Shown: one piece after another, positions 12,927 to 24,796 of the stretch
How positions within the stretch are numbered: position 1 is the first letter of the stretch
How the letters are laid out: each line of letters starts with the position of its first letter
Origin: Oculatellaceae cyanobacterium bins.114
GTDB taxonomy: Bacteria; Cyanobacteriota; Cyanobacteriia; Elainellales; Elainellaceae
Direction: 5' to 3'
Length of the DNA: 64,000 bases
NCBI GenBank assembly: GCA_033764315.1
Contig: JANRJA010000193.1
Coordinates: forward strand, 32,001-96,000
Notes under the pieces: model-generated
The model's database searches: none
The model's input: the letters and a program-made list of their open reading frames with translations, nothing else
Told to the model about the DNA's origin: nothing
Position numbers and translations under genes: made by a program

Positions 12927-13328
12927 CTACCAGACGTAACAGAGTACTTCGCCCCCAAGCCCTTGGCGACGAGCATCTCGGTCAGTCATAATGCCACTGG
13001 AAGTCGAAATAATAGCAATACCAATACCACCGAGCACTCTGGGCAGTTCTTTGCGATTGGAATAAACCCGCAGACCAGGCTTACTGACGCGCCTGAGTGC
13101 ATTGATAATGGGACGACGATTCTTCCCTTTATATTTGAGGGCAATCACCAAAATACGCTTTGGTCCTTCACCGGCTTCAGAAAAATCGGTAATAAAACCT
13201 TCGTCCTGTAATACTTTCGCAATGCTACGAGTCATTTTAGTTGACGGAACCTCCGTCGTTTGGTGTCGCGCTAAGTTGGCATTGCGAATGCGCGTCAACA
13301 TGTCTGCAATCGTGTCGTTAACCGCCAT
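12927..13328 (-). CDS. rpsH: 30S ribosomal protein S8
   Basis: [30 protein letters not shown]. Confidence 0.98.
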   Translation of the reverse strand: MAVNDTIADMLTRIRNANLARHQTTEVPSTKMTRSIAKVLQDEGFITDFSEAGEGPKRILVIALKYKGKNRRPIINALRRVSKPGLRVYSNRKELPRVLGGIGIAIISTSSGIMTDRDARRQGLGGEVLCYVW

Positions 13329-13351
13329 AGTTTCCTCTTTGTCACACTGCC

Positions 13352-13897
13352 TCAGTTATCCCGGAAAGGCATTCCCAGCTCTTTGAGCAGGGCACGACCT
13401 TCTTCATCGGTATTCGCAGTTGTAATAATTGAAATGTCCATACCTCGAATCTGGTCAACCTTGTCATACTCAACCTCTGGAAAAATCAGTTGTTCGCGAA
13501 CTCCCAATGTATAGTTACCACGCCCATCAAAGCTTTTAGGGCTGACACCGCGAAAGTCACGAATACGAGGGAGGGCAAGATTAATCAATCGGTCAAGAAA
13601 CGCATACATTCGGTCAGCTCGAAGAGTGACCATAATGCCAACGGGCATACCCTTGCGGATTTTGAAACCAGCGATCGCCTTTTTAGCACGAGTTACAACT
13701 GGCTTTTGTCCCGTAACAAGCGCAATCTCACTCAGGGAAGCCTCTAACGCTTTAGCGTTTTGAGCAGCCTCTCCTAACCCTCGATTGACAGTCACTTTGA
13801 TCACTTTTGGAACTTGATGGACATTCGTATATTTGAACTGATCCATCAATTTTGGAACTACTTTATCTTGGTAAAGTGCCTTGAACTTTTGTGTCAT
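13352..13897 (-). CDS. rplE: 50S ribosomal protein L5
   Basis: [22 protein letters not shown]. Start set at ATG 13897. Confidence 0.97.
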   Translation of the reverse strand: MTQKFKALYQDKVVPKLMDQFKYTNVHQVPKVIKVTVNRGLGEAAQNAKALEASLSEIALVTGQKPVVTRAKKAIAGFKIRKGMPVGIMVTLRADRMYAFLDRLINLALPRIRDFRGVSPKSFDGRGNYTLGVREQLIFPEVEYDKVDQIRGMDISIITTANTDEEGRALLKELGMPFRDN

Positions 13898-13957
13898 AAG
13901 ATCTTTCCTATTAAATTCCCTGGACTTGGTCAGGGACACAAGCTTGAATAATCACAG

Positions 13958-14302
13958 TCAATCAATAATCTCCCCAGTTTTTTTGAGCATGCGCACTTTA
14001 CGCCCATCGGCATTCAGGGTGTAGCAAATTCGGCTAGCCGTCTTCTGCTTAGTCGAATAAAGCATGACATTAGAGCTATGAATCGGAGATTCGCTTGTCG
14101 TAATTTGACCAGACTCGCCCTCCTGTTGAGGCTTGACGTGCTTGGTTTTGATGTTGACTCCTTTGACAATCACTTTGCTCATTTTTGGGAAGGTCTGTAG
14201 TACCTCACCGACTTTCCCTTTATCTGAGCCTGCGATGACCTGAACTGTGTCACCCTTTTTAACGTGCATTCTGTAACGAGTAGGAGCAGAATTTGCCATC
14301 AC
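13958..14302 (-). CDS. rplX: 50S ribosomal protein L24
   Basis: KOW motif [26 protein letters not shown]. Confidence 0.97.
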   Translation of the reverse strand: MMANSAPTRYRMHVKKGDTVQVIAGSDKGKVGEVLQTFPKMSKVIVKGVNIKTKHVKPQQEGESGQITTSESPIHSSNVMLYSTKQKTASRICYTLNADGRKVRMLKKTGEIID

Positions 14303-14664
14303 AGCACCTCCGGAGCTAAGGAGACAATTTTGGTAAAGTTTTTGTCTCGCAATTCACGAGCCACGGGACCAAAAACGCGGGTTCCCCTAGGATTACCCTC
14401 AGCATTGATAATTACAGCTGCATTGTCGTCAAAGCGAATGCTCATACCGCTATCACGTCTCAGCCCTTTCCTGGTCCGAACAACAACTGCTCGCACAACA
14501 TCAGATTTCTTAACTGCCATATTAGGCAGGGCATCTTTGACAACGGCGATAATCACATCGCCGACCCCGGCATAACGGCGGTTTCCACCTAGTACACGAA
14601 TACACATGAGCTTACGAGCACCGCTGTTGTCTGCCACGTTGAGATAAGTTTCTTGCTGAATCAT
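14299..14664 (-). CDS. rplN: 50S ribosomal protein L14
   Basis: MIQ...[21 protein letters not shown]. Confidence 0.98.
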   Translation of the reverse strand: MIQQETYLNVADNSGARKLMCIRVLGGNRRYAGVGDVIIAVVKDALPNMAVKKSDVVRAVVVRTRKGLRRDSGMSIRFDDNAAVIINAEGNPRGTRVFGPVARELRDKNFTKIVSLAPEVL

Positions 14665-14681
14665 GGTTTTCTCCTAGCTGC

Positions 14682-14933
14682 TCAAGCCTCTGGTGTATTG
14701 TTGAGAATATCAATCACTGTCCAGCGTTTTGTGCGGCTGAGTGGACGGGTTTCTTGAATACGAACGCGATCGCCCACCTTGCACTTATTTTCTTCGTCAT
14801 GAACTTTATATCGCTTTGTGCGAACCATAATCTTGCGGTACTTAGGATGAGGAGCACGGTTCTCAACTGCGACAACAACTGTTTTTTGCATTTTGTCGCT
14901 TACTACAACACCCACTCTTTCTTTGACTGCCAT
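14682..14933 (-). CDS. rpsQ: 30S ribosomal protein S17
   Basis: [22 protein letters not shown]. Confidence 0.98.
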   Translation of the reverse strand: MAVKERVGVVVSDKMQKTVVVAVENRAPHPKYRKIMVRTKRYKVHDEENKCKVGDRVRIQETRPLSRTKRWTVIDILNNTPEA

Positions 14934-14936
14934 TGT

Positions 14937-15167
14937 CTACTCCTCTGCCGCTGGGGAATTTGAAGTTGCCGTCAACTGCCTTTCCCGCTCTAGTGTCAGC
15001 AGTTGGGCGAGTCGATGACGAGTATGTTTGAACTGATGATTCTTTTCGAGGCGACGAGTGGCTTGCTGAAATCGCAAATCGAACAATTGCTTTCGGGCTG
15101 TTGCGATCTGCTCTTGAAGCTCTTGATCACTTAAATCTCGAATTTCTGAAATTTTAGGTAGAGCCAT
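14937..15167 (-). CDS. rpmC: 50S ribosomal protein L29
   Basis: LFDLRFQ...RHRLAQLLT; operon position. Confidence 0.96.
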   Translation of the reverse strand: MALPKISEIRDLSDQELQEQIATARKQLFDLRFQQATRRLEKNHQFKHTRHRLAQLLTLERERQLTATSNSPAAEE

Positions 15168-15170
15168 GAC

Positions 15171-15590
15171 TTACGACTCCTCCATTTGGCGAGCAACAAA
15201 TTTAGTTTTAATAGGCAATTTATAAGACGCTAAACGCATTGCCTCACGAGCGATCGTTTCGGAAACACCAGCAATCTCAAACAAAACGCGACCTGGTTTC
15301 ACGACTGCAACCCAAAATTCAGGGTTTCCTTTACCAGAACCCATACGGGTCTCAGCAGGACGCATAGTCACAGGTTTGTCTGGGAAAATGCGAATCCAAA
15401 TTTTGCCACCCCGACGAATATAACGGGTCATTGCACGACGACTCGCTTCAATTTGACGTGATGTAATCCAGCAAGGCTCTAAAGCCTGTAGTGCAAAGTC
15501 TCCAAATTCCAGGTTATTGCCTCGAGTCGCTTGACCTGTCATTCGCCCGCGTTGCTGCTTTCGAAATTTAGTTCTTCTAGGACTTAACAT
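15171..15590 (-). CDS. rplP: 50S ribosomal protein L16
   Basis: [19 protein letters not shown]. Confidence 0.98.
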   Translation of the reverse strand: MLSPRRTKFRKQQRGRMTGQATRGNNLEFGDFALQALEPCWITSRQIEASRRAMTRYIRRGGKIWIRIFPDKPVTMRPAETRMGSGKGNPEFWVAVVKPGRVLFEIAGVSETIAREAMRLASYKLPIKTKFVARQMEES

Positions 15591-15601
15591 GACTTACTCC
15601 C

Positions 15602-16357
15602 TTACCCTTCGTTTGACCGATCTTCAAACTGCTGCCGACGACGCTGTTGTTGCCGACGACGGGGCTGGACATTGCCTGCCGTTGGTGCGGGTTCTTCCTG
15701 TCCTGGAATAATTTCACCCTTAAAAATCCAAACCTTGATACCCAAAACCCCATAAATGGTCTGAGCGGTGCGATAGGTGTAATCGATATCTGCACGTAAA
15801 GTGTGGAGTGGGACTTTGCCCTCACGCGTCGCCTCAGTACGAGCAATCTCAGCACCATTCAAACGTCCACTAATTTGAATCTTGATGCCTTGAACACCCG
15901 CTCGCTGAGCCCGTTGAATCGCCTGCCGGACAACCCGACGGAACGAAACTCGGCGTTCTAGCTGTTGCACAATGTACTCCGCTATAAGAGCAGCATCTGC
16001 ATCAACACGGGCAACCTCAACCACATTCATACGAATTTGGCGATCAGTTCCACCCAAAACCTTTTGCAAACCAGCTTTTAGCTCTTCAATACCCTGTCCA
16101 CCACGACCCACAACTACACCAGGGCGAGCTGTATGTACCTCAAGGTCAATTTGATCTGCTTTGCGTTCAATCCTAATTTCTGAAATGCTGGGGCTTTCCA
16201 AGCTTTTCAGTTTCAAAGGATTTCTATCAAAAAAACTACGAATGATGTAGTCTTCCTGTAATAGTTTTGGATAACGCCCAGAATCAGCAAACCACCGAGA
16301 ACGGTGTTCCTGTGTAATACCAAGGCGGAAGCCAACTGGATGAATCTTCTGTCCCAC
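15602..16357 (-). CDS. rpsC: 30S ribosomal protein S3
   Basis: [33 protein letters not shown]. Confidence 0.98.
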   Translation of the reverse strand: MGQKIHPVGFRLGITQEHRSRWFADSGRYPKLLQEDYIIRSFFDRNPLKLKSLESPSISEIRIERKADQIDLEVHTARPGVVVGRGGQGIEELKAGLQKVLGGTDRQIRMNVVEVARVDADAALIAEYIVQQLERRVSFRRVVRQAIQRAQRAGVQGIKIQISGRLNGAEIARTEATREGKVPLHTLRADIDYTYRTAQTIYGVLGIKVWIFKGEIIPGQEEPAPTAGNVQPRRRQQQRRRQQFEDRSNEG

Positions 16358-16420
16358 AACAATAAACCCTCAAAAAAGCAATACTTGTCTCAGCTCAATC
16401 TAAAGTTAAGGAAAAATATA

Positions 16421-16786
16421 TTACTCATCACTGTCCGCACCAGGAGCAACCGCGATTGTAATGTGGCAAGTCGGCTTGCGGATTTGATAAGCTCGCCCCT
16501 GAGCACGTGGGCGATACCGCTTCAGCACCGGGCCTTGGTCTGCATATGCCTGACTCACTACCAACTCAGCAGGTGTATAACCCTCATTATGTTCAGCATT
16601 AGCAACTGCCGAACGTAAGACCTTTAAAATCGGTTCACAAGCGCGATAAGGCATAAATTCTAGAATAATTAAAGCTTCTCGATAGGAGCGCCCACGGATT
16701 TGATCTAAAACCCGACGCACCTTAAAGGGTGACATTCGGATGTAACGAGCAATAGCTTTAACTTCTTGACCAGTAGTAGTTGGCAT
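16421..16786 (-). CDS. rplV: 50S ribosomal protein L22
   Basis: [23 protein letters not shown]. Confidence 0.98.
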   Translation of the reverse strand: MPTTTGQEVKAIARYIRMSPFKVRRVLDQIRGRSYREALIILEFMPYRACEPILKVLRSAVANAEHNEGYTPAELVVSQAYADQGPVLKRYRPRAQGRAYQIRKPTCHITIAVAPGADSDE

Positions 16787-16870
16787 AACTTTCTCCTCTA
16801 GCTCTTAGCGATTAGTAAACTGGCATTTGCTGACCAACCACCAGTAGCCAATATCTCAACCTTTAACCTT

Positions 16871-17149
16871 TTAGCGACGAGCCTTTTTATCACTTTTAGC
16901 GTGACCCCGGAATGTCCGAGTTGGGGCAAATTCTCCCAGCTTATGACCCACCATCTGTTCCGTTACATACACAGGAACATGCTGGCGACCATTATGAACG
17001 GCAATCGTGTGTCCAATCATTTGAGGTAGTACGGTAGATGCCCGTGACCACGTTTTAATGACTTGCTTTTCACCTTTTACATTGAGGGCTTCAACCTTCT
17101 TCATTAGATGATCAGCTACAAAAGGACCTTTTTTTAATGAACGAGACAT
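16871..17149 (-). CDS. rpsS: 30S ribosomal protein S19
   Basis: [21 protein letters not shown]. Confidence 0.98.
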   Translation of the reverse strand: MSRSLKKGPFVADHLMKKVEALNVKGEKQVIKTWSRASTVLPQMIGHTIAVHNGRQHVPVYVTEQMVGHKLGEFAPTRTFRGHAKSDKKARR

Positions 17150-17216
17150 ACGTCAGGTAACCTCTAATCAGCTTCAGATTTTTCACAGTGGGCTTTAGTT
17201 TAAGCCAACCAAGATG

Positions 17217-18080
17217 TTAAGCATCCCGTCCGCCACGACCTCGCTTAGAACTACGACGACGACGACGAACAATCATCGCGTTACTCAGCTTTTTCTTCTT
17301 ACGAGTTTTATAACCTAGAGCAGGTTTACCCCAGGGCGTCACTGGACCTGAACGTCCAATAGGGGCACGCCCCTCACCACCACCATGAGGGTGATCGACG
17401 GGGTTCATCACACTACCTCGCACTTCAGGTCTACGCCCTAACCAACGCTTGCGGCCTGCTTTGCCAAGGCTAACGTTCCTGGCATCAGTATTACCAACTT
17501 GCCCAATCGTTGCGTAGCATTCTCGTCGAATAAGACGGACTTCAGTTGAAGGCAAGCGAAGAGTGACAAAATTTCCATCTTTAGCCACTACTTGAGCAGA
17601 CGCACCTGCGGCCCGGACGATTTGCCCACCTTTGCCTGGGTAAAGCTCCACATTATGAACAAGCGTACCTAAAGGCATATTGCCCAAAGGCAAAGCATTA
17701 CCGATTTCAAAAGGAGCATTTGAACCAGCAATTATGGTTGCGCCTACTGCCAGAGTTGCAGGGTGGAGAATATACCGTTTTTCACCATCTTCATATTGCA
17801 CCAATGCAATACGAGCATTGCGATTGGGATCATACTCAACCGTCATGACTTGAGCCGGGATATTGCGTTTATCTCGACGAAAATCGATGATTCGATACAA
17901 TCGCTTGCTACCACCACCACGATGACGGCAGGTAATCACACCTCGGTTGTTGCGACCCTTGGCACGATGAATTGAATGGGTCAGTGATTTTTCTGGTTTA
18001 CTACGAGTAATTTCAGAAAAATCAGGATCAGTTCGTTGGCGGGTGCCAGGGGTGTAGGGACGATAATCTCGAATACCCAT
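17217..18080 (-). CDS. rplB: 50S ribosomal protein L2
   Basis: [19 protein letters not shown]. Confidence 0.98.
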   Translation of the reverse strand: MGIRDYRPYTPGTRQRTDPDFSEITRSKPEKSLTHSIHRAKGRNNRGVITCRHRGGGSKRLYRIIDFRRDKRNIPAQVMTVEYDPNRNARIALVQYEDGEKRYILHPATLAVGATIIAGSNAPFEIGNALPLGNMPLGTLVHNVELYPGKGGQIVRAAGASAQVVAKDGNFVTLRLPSTEVRLIRRECYATIGQVGNTDARNVSLGKAGRKRWLGRRPEVRGSVMNPVDHPHGGGEGRAPIGRSGPVTPWGKPALGYKTRKKKKLSNAMIVRRRRRSSKRGRGGRDA

Positions 18081-18135
18081 AATTTAAGCTCTCGGCAGTT
18101 TCAAATAGCAAAGAATATCTTTAGCAAAGCAAGGA

Positions 18136-18438
18136 TTAGACGTCTGGGAAGAGAGTAATGGAATCTCCAGGTGCAAGAGTCACGATCGCCCGCTTGTACA
18201 GTGCTTTGTACCCCAAAAAACGACCCACTCTCCGCTGCTTCCGAGGAGGATTATAAGTATTGACATCAATTACTTTGACATCAAATAATTCCTCAATCGC
18301 AGCTCTAATCTCCAACTTGGATGCCTTTGGAGAAACCTCAAAGGTGTATTTATTCTCCTCTAGTAGGCGTGTCGCTTTTTCATTGACCAAAGGACGACGC
18401 ACGAGATCCGCCAAATCACGAGTCTTAATTTCAGCCAT
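18136..18438 (-). CDS. rplW: 50S ribosomal protein L23
   Basis: [20 protein letters not shown]. Confidence 0.97.
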   Translation of the reverse strand: MAEIKTRDLADLVRRPLVNEKATRLLEENKYTFEVSPKASKLEIRAAIEELFDVKVIDVNTYNPPRKQRRVGRFLGYKALYKRAIVTLAPGDSITLFPDV

Positions 18439-19066
18439 CGCTATAAACCTCCTGAATGGTTGTAATTGCAGAAGCGGTTGCTACAATCTTGTCCGCCGCC
18501 AACAAGTCATAAACATTAAGGTTACTGGCTGAGATTAGCTTGAGATTACTGACATTACGAGCTGAGAGATAAACATTCTCGTCGCGATCGGAGACAATCA
18601 ACAGCACCTTTTCGCCAACAGCAACTCCCCACCGAGTCATCGCTTGAAGCAACTCCTTGGTCTTGGGACGAGGCAATTGACTGGCAAACTCTTCAACAAT
18701 AACAAGATCATCAACCCGACTTTGAAATGCAGTTCGCAATGCCAGACGACGTTCCTTACGGTTCATCTTGACTGAGAAATCTCTAGGTTTGGGCCCAAAG
18801 ATAACACCACCCCCTCTCCACAAAGGAGAACGGTTTGAACCTGCACGAGCACGACCTGTTCCTTTTTGTCGCCAAGGCTTACGCCCACCCCCTCTAACTT
18901 CAGAACGAGTCTTAGTGGAGACCGTCCCTTGCCGAGCATTATTCATTTGACGCACTAACGCCCGATGAACAACATGAGCTGCATTTTCTTCTTTTGCAAC
19001 TCGCAATTCTAAAGAAGCCGTTCCTGCTTCTTCACCTTGCCAATTTCTAATAACGCAATCAACCAT
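18431..19066 (-). CDS. rplD: 50S ribosomal protein L4
   Basis: [26 protein letters not shown]. Confidence 0.98.
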   Translation of the reverse strand: MVDCVIRNWQGEEAGTASLELRVAKEENAAHVVHRALVRQMNNARQGTVSTKTRSEVRGGGRKPWRQKGTGRARAGSNRSPLWRGGGVIFGPKPRDFSVKMNRKERRLALRTAFQSRVDDLVIVEEFASQLPRPKTKELLQAMTRWGVAVGEKVLLIVSDRDENVYLSARNVSNLKLISASNLNVYDLLAADKIVATASAITTIQEVYSDG

Positions 19067-19140
19067 ATGTATCTCTACTCAATCCACGAAGTTTGGGGTA
19101 TTTGGGCTTTTAAAGAACCTATTTTCCCTATTCCTATGTC

Positions 19141-19782
19141 TTACTTTGCTCGTCCAACAGTTTTAGCAGGCACGATATTGAGCAGAGCACCTGGTTTACC
19201 GGGGACTGCACCTTGAATGAGTAGAAGGTTGCGTTCAGCATCTACCCTCACCACTTTCAACTTGCGAATCGTCACTCGACTTCCGCCAAGCCGACCTGCC
19301 ATTCTTTTACCGGGATATACCCGACCCGGAGTCGTTCCCGCTCCTGTAGAACCAGGCAAGCGGTGGTTCTTAGAACCGTGTGCCATAGGTCCTCGTTTGA
19401 AATTGTGGCGTTTCTGATAACCAGCAAAGCCACGACCGATGCTGGTTCCAATTACATCTACAATTTGACCTGATGCAAAGGCATCAGCCTTGATTTGCTG
19501 ACCTAGCTCAAATCCATCCACACTCTCAAGACGGTATTCTTGCAAATGGCGCAGAGGCGAAGCTTGCGATTTTGCCAAATGACCCAACTCAGGCTTACTT
19601 AAAGCTTTTGTTGACGCTTCACCGTAACCCACTTGAACCGCAGAATAACCATCTGTCTGAGGAGTTTTGATTTGAGTGACAGTGCATGGACCCGCATGAA
19701 TGACGGTTACAGGAATTGCCCTACCTGATTCGTCAAACACTTGAGTCATTCCGAGTTTTGTGCCGAGAATGCCAACGGACAC
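19141..19782 (-). CDS. rplC: 50S ribosomal protein L3
   Basis: [33 protein letters not shown] start at 19782. Confidence 0.97.
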   Translation of the reverse strand: MSVGILGTKLGMTQVFDESGRAIPVTVIHAGPCTVTQIKTPQTDGYSAVQVGYGEASTKALSKPELGHLAKSQASPLRHLQEYRLESVDGFELGQQIKADAFASGQIVDVIGTSIGRGFAGYQKRHNFKRGPMAHGSKNHRLPGSTGAGTTPGRVYPGKRMAGRLGGSRVTIRKLKVVRVDAERNLLLIQGAVPGKPGALLNIVPAKTVGRAK

Positions 19783-20437
19783 GATCACAGTCTCCCTTAC
19801 TTTACACATCAAAAATGAGCAAGGTTGCGATTACCCTAGAAGGGAAAGTGCTTCGCATCGCCTCAACAACCTGCATCTCACAAACTTCAGCAAACACAAT
19901 CAAGCTAAAAATGCACAAATAAATTGTGCAAATCAACTTTCAACCGTTCTGCAATCCCTTTAGGTAACAGTTTGCGTAAAGTTTCTCTTTACGTCATTAC
20001 CTGTAGCTGTGCCAGGACTTGGACAGATTTTCTACCCAGTATCCTAATAGCTTCTAAACTTAATCTCGAATTGAGCTTGGTTTAGAAACTCAGAATTAAT
20101 TTGGCAGCGATTAAACAGTATAAACAATTAACACTAAATCGTCCAGTATTTTCTAAATCTACTTAGAGCGTCAAGAAAAATAGTGGATGGTGTTAACTGC
20201 CGCTTTGTTATGGTAGCGCACTTTGCTGGCAGTTGCGGAAGATTTTTGGACAGAGATCCTTTGAGGGTATTCTAGTAAAACAACATATTTATATTTGCTT
20301 GCAGGACAACTAAGATAGATTTTGCCGTGAGATTTTGGGAGAGGGCAGAGTTTGAGTCAGTTTGGTGTTGACTCAACCTGTTGCCAAACAAGTCGAGAAG
20401 TCTGTTTTGTAAGTACTCCCTTCTCTAGGTAACGTTT

Positions 20438-20543
20438 TATAGATAGGGTTTGGAAACAAAACCTGGGGATTGTAGGGGCAAAGCCCCCAATCAGGGGTTC
20501 CCCCTTGTACCCCCAATCCCGCACCCCATTTATAGTGTCTATA
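20438..20543. repeat. TA-bounded REP/MITE-like palindromic element
   Basis: Ends TATAGAT...GTCTATA; internal GC hairpins GGGGCAAAGCCCC and AGGGG-TTC-CCCCT. Confidence 0.5.
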
Positions 20544-20754
20544 GTGGCTGTGCTTAGCATGAGGCGATCGCCCATAACAGAACGGATTGCTTACCTTTAA
20601 TTCATTGAAAAAAATCTATGGATCAAACCAGTTTCTCGTTTAGCCGATCGATCCAGGTTAGCCCTACATTTAATATGGTTAGTAACTTTCATATTTTTGT
20701 TGAACAACGTCTGTCACGCTCCAGGTTCATCTCAGGTAGTAGGACAATCTTTTT

Positions 20755-21231
20755 ATGGCACTGATTATCACTGGCAAACAATTTATTCGTGACTTAGAGA
20801 GCACAGGAGCGTTAGGGGTGTACGTTCCTCTAGAGGGTGGTCACGAGGGGCGTTATCAACGACGTTTGCGAGCAGCAGGTTATGGAATGTTGCACATCAG
20901 TGCTCGTGGTTTAGGTGATCTTTCTTCCTACCTATTAGAGGTTCATGGGGTTCGTCCACCTCATTTAGGCAAGAAGGATATCGGTCAAGGTGCAGCGGTA
21001 GGGGCAAGATATTATTTGCCACCAATGGCACTTTATCAACTAGAGCAGTTGCCCTCTACTTCTAAAGGGTTAGTGATTTGGTTACTTGAGGGCATTATCT
21101 TATCTCGACAAGAGTTAGAATTCTTAGCCAATTTGCCCAAGCTGCAATCCCGCATTAAGGTTGTTGTTGAGTTAGGTGGGGAACGGAGCTTTAAATGGCA
21201 ACCCTTACAAAGCGTTTTAGCAGTGGCTTAA
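20755..21231 (+). CDS. ndhN: NAD(P)H-quinone oxidoreductase subunit N
   Basis: GALGVYVPLEGGHEGRYQRRLR, SARGLGD, HGVRPPHLGK. Confidence 0.93.
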   Translation: MALIITGKQFIRDLESTGALGVYVPLEGGHEGRYQRRLRAAGYGMLHISARGLGDLSSYLLEVHGVRPPHLGKKDIGQGAAVGARYYLPPMALYQLEQLPSTSKGLVIWLLEGIILSRQELEFLANLPKLQSRIKVVVELGGERSFKWQPLQSVLAVA

Positions 21232-21422
21232 ACCATCTTAATCTCAGTCAGGGACATGGGCAGGGTTAAGACGACTTGTGAAGTGTGGGCTTTTAAAGTA
21301 GTACATGCCTCCTTAATCTCTTGTCTCATCTCTAGATATAGAGTTTATCAAGAGCAATCCGTCCTGAACCCTCCTATCTCTGGGATCACCCCAAAATCAA
21401 CCTGATCCCCAATTCTTAACTC

Positions 21423-21467
21423 AGGATCTGAGATTTAGTTTTTTTAATCAACTAAATCTCAGATCCT
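21423..21467. promoter_or_regulatory. Perfect 18-bp inverted repeat upstream of ldpA
   Basis: AGGATCTGAGATTTAGTT (21423-21440) and AACTAAATCTCAGATCCT (21450-21467), 9-nt loop. Function unknown. Confidence 0.55.
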
Positions 21468-21505
21468 TCATTCTATTTCTCCAGTTAACCTACTAACATG
21501 TAAGG

Positions 21506-22777
21506 GTGACTAACTTGTACTACCCCTTACGATCCCTAAGGGAGGGTAACTGGTTCAAACTGATTTGCGGAGCTAGTTTTCAGCACCTCCCTGCCGTTCG
21601 GAATCTCACTTTAGCGTATGCATTGGCTGGCGTTGACTGTATTGACGTAGCTGCGGATGCTGCTGTCATTTCATCTGCTCGCGAGGCGTTGAGTGTTGCA
21701 GATGGGCTGCGGGATGCTGCTCAAGCACGAGGGTATGACGCTCAAGGAGCACCTTGGTTAATGGTCAGTCTTAATGATGGAGAAGATCCTCATTTTCGCA
21801 AGGCTGAGTTTGATGCGGGGCAATGTCCTGTTGACTGCCCTCGTCCCTGTGAAACGATTTGTCCGGCACAAGCGATCGCCTTTGAGCACGATAGTCGCAA
21901 TGACATTGATGAGCATCGCTCAGGGGTGATTGATAGTCGTTGTTATGGGTGTGGTCGTTGTTTATTAGTCTGCCCATTTGAGCGCATTACGACCCGTTCT
22001 TATGTTTCAAGCCCAACCGCGATCGCCTCGACCGTGCTGCAAGGCATTGATGCCGTTGAGATTCATACGCAAGTTGGTCGCTTAACTGATTTTGAGCGAT
22101 TGTGGGGTGCGATCGCCCCTCATGTCTCACAACTCCAGCTAGTTGCGGTGAGTTGTCCAGATGGGGATGGATTAATTGATTATCTCAAGTCAATCTATCA
22201 GCTGATTTCACCAATTGCATGTCCTGTAATCTGGCAGACCGACGGTAGACCCATGAGCGGTGATATTGGGGATGGTGCCACCCATGCGGCTGTGAGATTA
22301 GGGCAAAAAGTATTGGCAGCAAACTTGCCAGGATATGTGCAATTAGCAGGTGGAACCAATCGTTATACGGTTAAAAAATTGAGGGCACTTGGATTGCTAA
22401 ATTCAAAAGCACTGCACCACAAACCAACAATTGCTCAGAATTCATCACATCACCCTCCTATAGCGCGATCGCCCCATAGAGAGAACGACTTCACATCGCC
22501 CCACTACATTTCTGGCGTTGCCTATGGTAGCTATGCCCGTGCACTGTTGTCACCCGTTTTAGAGCAGCTCGAACCATCTCATTTCGACCCTAGTTTCAAC
22601 CGCTTTAACGATATTAACGACCTCATTGGCGACTTTTCTTCCTCCCATCCTCTGGGTCAATTTAACCCCCACTTGGAATGTCACCCCCCTCTGCTGTGGC
22701 AAGCAGTTGAGCTAGCTCACTCTCTTGTATCCCAACTTAAATCTCCTAAACATCAGGAGCAGGTCATGTCAACCTAA
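21506..22777 (+). CDS. ldpA: Circadian input 4Fe-4S protein LdpA
   Basis: WFKLICGAS, DPHFRKA, CPVDCPRPCETICP, CYGCGRCLLVCP, WQTDGRPMSGDIG, QLAGGTN. Confidence 0.9.
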   Translation: MTNLYYPLRSLREGNWFKLICGASFQHLPAVRNLTLAYALAGVDCIDVAADAAVISSAREALSVADGLRDAAQARGYDAQGAPWLMVSLNDGEDPHFRKAEFDAGQCPVDCPRPCETICPAQAIAFEHDSRNDIDEHRSGVIDSRCYGCGRCLLVCPFERITTRSYVSSPTAIASTVLQGIDAVEIHTQVGRLTDFERLWGAIAPHVSQLQLVAVSCPDGDGLIDYLKSIYQLISPIACPVIWQTDGRPMSGDIGDGATHAAVRLGQKVLAANLPGYVQLAGGTNRYTVKKLRALGLLNSKALHHKPTIAQNSSHHPPIARSPHRENDFTSPHYISGVAYGSYARALLSPVLEQLEPSHFDPSFNRFNDINDLIGDFSSSHPLGQFNPHLECHPPLLWQAVELAHSLVSQLKSPKHQEQVMST

Positions 22778-22871
22778 CTTTTCATCGTCAGCGTTCTATT
22801 CAGTTCACATTCCCTAAACGCTGCCACACCACCAGTTGTTCATCATTTAGATTTAGACGTTTTTATTCCTC

Positions 22872-24773
22872 ATGACATTTAACGGCAATACCTTCTTTGA
22901 AAAACCAGAGAATAGTGATGCTTCGGCAGATGAGTCAAACACTGCCCCAATTTATATCACCGATGATCTCAATCAGTTATTAGACATTTTGCCTGAAGAG
23001 ATTCGTCTGCGTTTAAACGAGCATCCCCAAAAAAACCAGCTGATTGAAGTTGTTTTAGATTTGGGACGACGACCCGAAGCTCGATTTCCTCAGCAAGCTG
23101 AGTATCTCTCTGAGATGCCTGTTTCGTCGGGTGACCTGCGCTATTGTGTCGATCGCATTGGTCACTTCAGTGGTGACAATCGAGCAGGCATTGAGAAAAC
23201 CCTACATCGCATCAGTGCCATTCGCAATCGCATGGGTGAAGTCATTGGACTAACGTGTCGGGTGGGACGTGCCGTATATGGCACGATTGGCATGATCCGC
23301 GATCTGGTGGAAACGGGCAAATCAATTTTGATGTTGGGTCGCCCAGGCGTGGGTAAAACCACTGCACTCCGTGAAATTGCGCGAGTGCTGGCTGATGAGC
23401 TAGACAAACGAGTGGTGATTATTGACACCTCTAATGAAATTGCTGGGGATGGAGACATTCCTCATCCAGCGATTGGACGAGCAAGGCGCATGCAAGTTGC
23501 GCGACCTGAATTGCAACATCAAGTCATGATCGAGGCGGTGGAAAACCACATGCCTGAAGTCATTGTGATTGATGAAATTGGCACCGAGCTCGAAGCCCTG
23601 GCAGCTCGCACGATTGCTGAACGAGGTGTGCAACTGGTAGGCACAGCACATGGTAATCGCATTGAAAACTTGATGAAAAACCCCACTCTGTCTGATTTGG
23701 TGGGGGGAATTCAATCAGTTACGCTGGGCGATGAAGAAGCCCGACGCCGGGGGAGCCAAAAGAGCGTTTTAGAACGTAAAGCCCCACCCACCTTTGATAT
23801 CGCCGTTGAAATGTTAGAGCGGCACAAGTGGGTGGTCCATGAAAACGTGTCAGACACAGTTGATCTGCTGTTGCGAGGACGACAACCCAATCCACAACTG
23901 AGAACAGTTGACAGTGCTGGGCATGTCTCCATCAGCCATGAAGCACCGACTCCCCCCAATCGAAGTTTTGCCAATAGTGAAACGCGTGCGGCTTCGCCAT
24001 TATCGCAAGGGTCACGCAATGCACATGAACCGAATCGGGGGGGTGGGTGGCGCATGTCTGGGAAAATATCCTCTCTGCCTTCTTCTGCCTATACCCGCAA
24101 TGATTTAGGAGGCAGGCTTCCCGATGAGCCACTATCGTTGGCTCCTTATCAACCGCCAGAGAGACAAAACTTTGATCGGCTCTTAAACGAATCCTTTGAG
24201 AACCCTTTTTCTCAAGACGATTTGGAACCATTTGCTGACATTCCCTCGACTGGACCTAACGGAGAAGACCTGCCTTTGCATGTCTACCCCTATGCGGTTA
24301 GTCGGCACATGGTCGATCAAATTATTCGTACGATGAATTTGCCAATTGTATTGACCAAAGATGTAGACAGTGCTGACACCGTTTTGGCGTTGCGATCGCA
24401 CATCAAGAATCACTCTAAACTGCGACATATGGCAAAAAGCCGACAGCTCTCCATCTACACCATTAAAGCGAACAACATGCCCCAGATTATCCGGGCACTG
24501 CAACGGATGTTGCACATCGACACGCGCGCGCAGGAAGAACCCGTTAATCTCAGTTTGTTTTCACAGAGCGGTGAGGAAGATGAGTTAGAAGCCTTAGAGG
24601 AAGCCCGCCTAGCCGTTGAACAAATCGTCATTCCTAAAGGGCAACCTGTGGAGTTGCTGCCTCGCTCTGCCAAGGTACGGAAGATGCAACATGAGTTGGT
24701 AGAACATTATCGCCTCAAGTCAACAAGCTTTGGCGAAGAACCCAATCGCCGTCTGCGGATCTATCCTGCATAG
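22872..24773 (+). CDS. Ycf45/SpoIIIAA-like AAA ATPase with C-terminal R3H domain
   Basis: Walker [10 protein letters not shown], Walker B IVIDEIG, C-terminal RKMQH...SFGEEPNRR. Confidence 0.88.
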   Translation: MTFNGNTFFEKPENSDASADESNTAPIYITDDLNQLLDILPEEIRLRLNEHPQKNQLIEVVLDLGRRPEARFPQQAEYLSEMPVSSGDLRYCVDRIGHFSGDNRAGIEKTLHRISAIRNRMGEVIGLTCRVGRAVYGTIGMIRDLVETGKSILMLGRPGVGKTTALREIARVLADELDKRVVIIDTSNEIAGDGDIPHPAIGRARRMQVARPELQHQVMIEAVENHMPEVIVIDEIGTELEALAARTIAERGVQLVGTAHGNRIENLMKNPTLSDLVGGIQSVTLGDEEARRRGSQKSVLERKAPPTFDIAVEMLERHKWVVHENVSDTVDLLLRGRQPNPQLRTVDSAGHVSISHEAPTPPNRSFANSETRAASPLSQGSRNAHEPNRGGGWRMSGKISSLPSSAYTRNDLGGRLPDEPLSLAPYQPPERQNFDRLLNESFENPFSQDDLEPFADIPSTGPNGEDLPLHVYPYAVSRHMVDQIIRTMNLPIVLTKDVDSADTVLALRSHIKNHSKLRHMAKSRQLSIYTIKANNMPQIIRALQRMLHIDTRAQEEPVNLSLFSQSGEEDELEALEEARLAVEQIVIPKGQPVELLPRSAKVRKMQHELVEHYRLKSTSFGEEPNRRLRIYPA

Positions 24774-24796
24774 GCCAGGATCAGGAACGTACTAGC

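Noticed and set aside
5741-19782. Absence of rpsJ, rpsN, rpmD and rpsD from the ribosomal cluster
   Set aside because: This is the normal cyanobacterial arrangement, not an anomaly.
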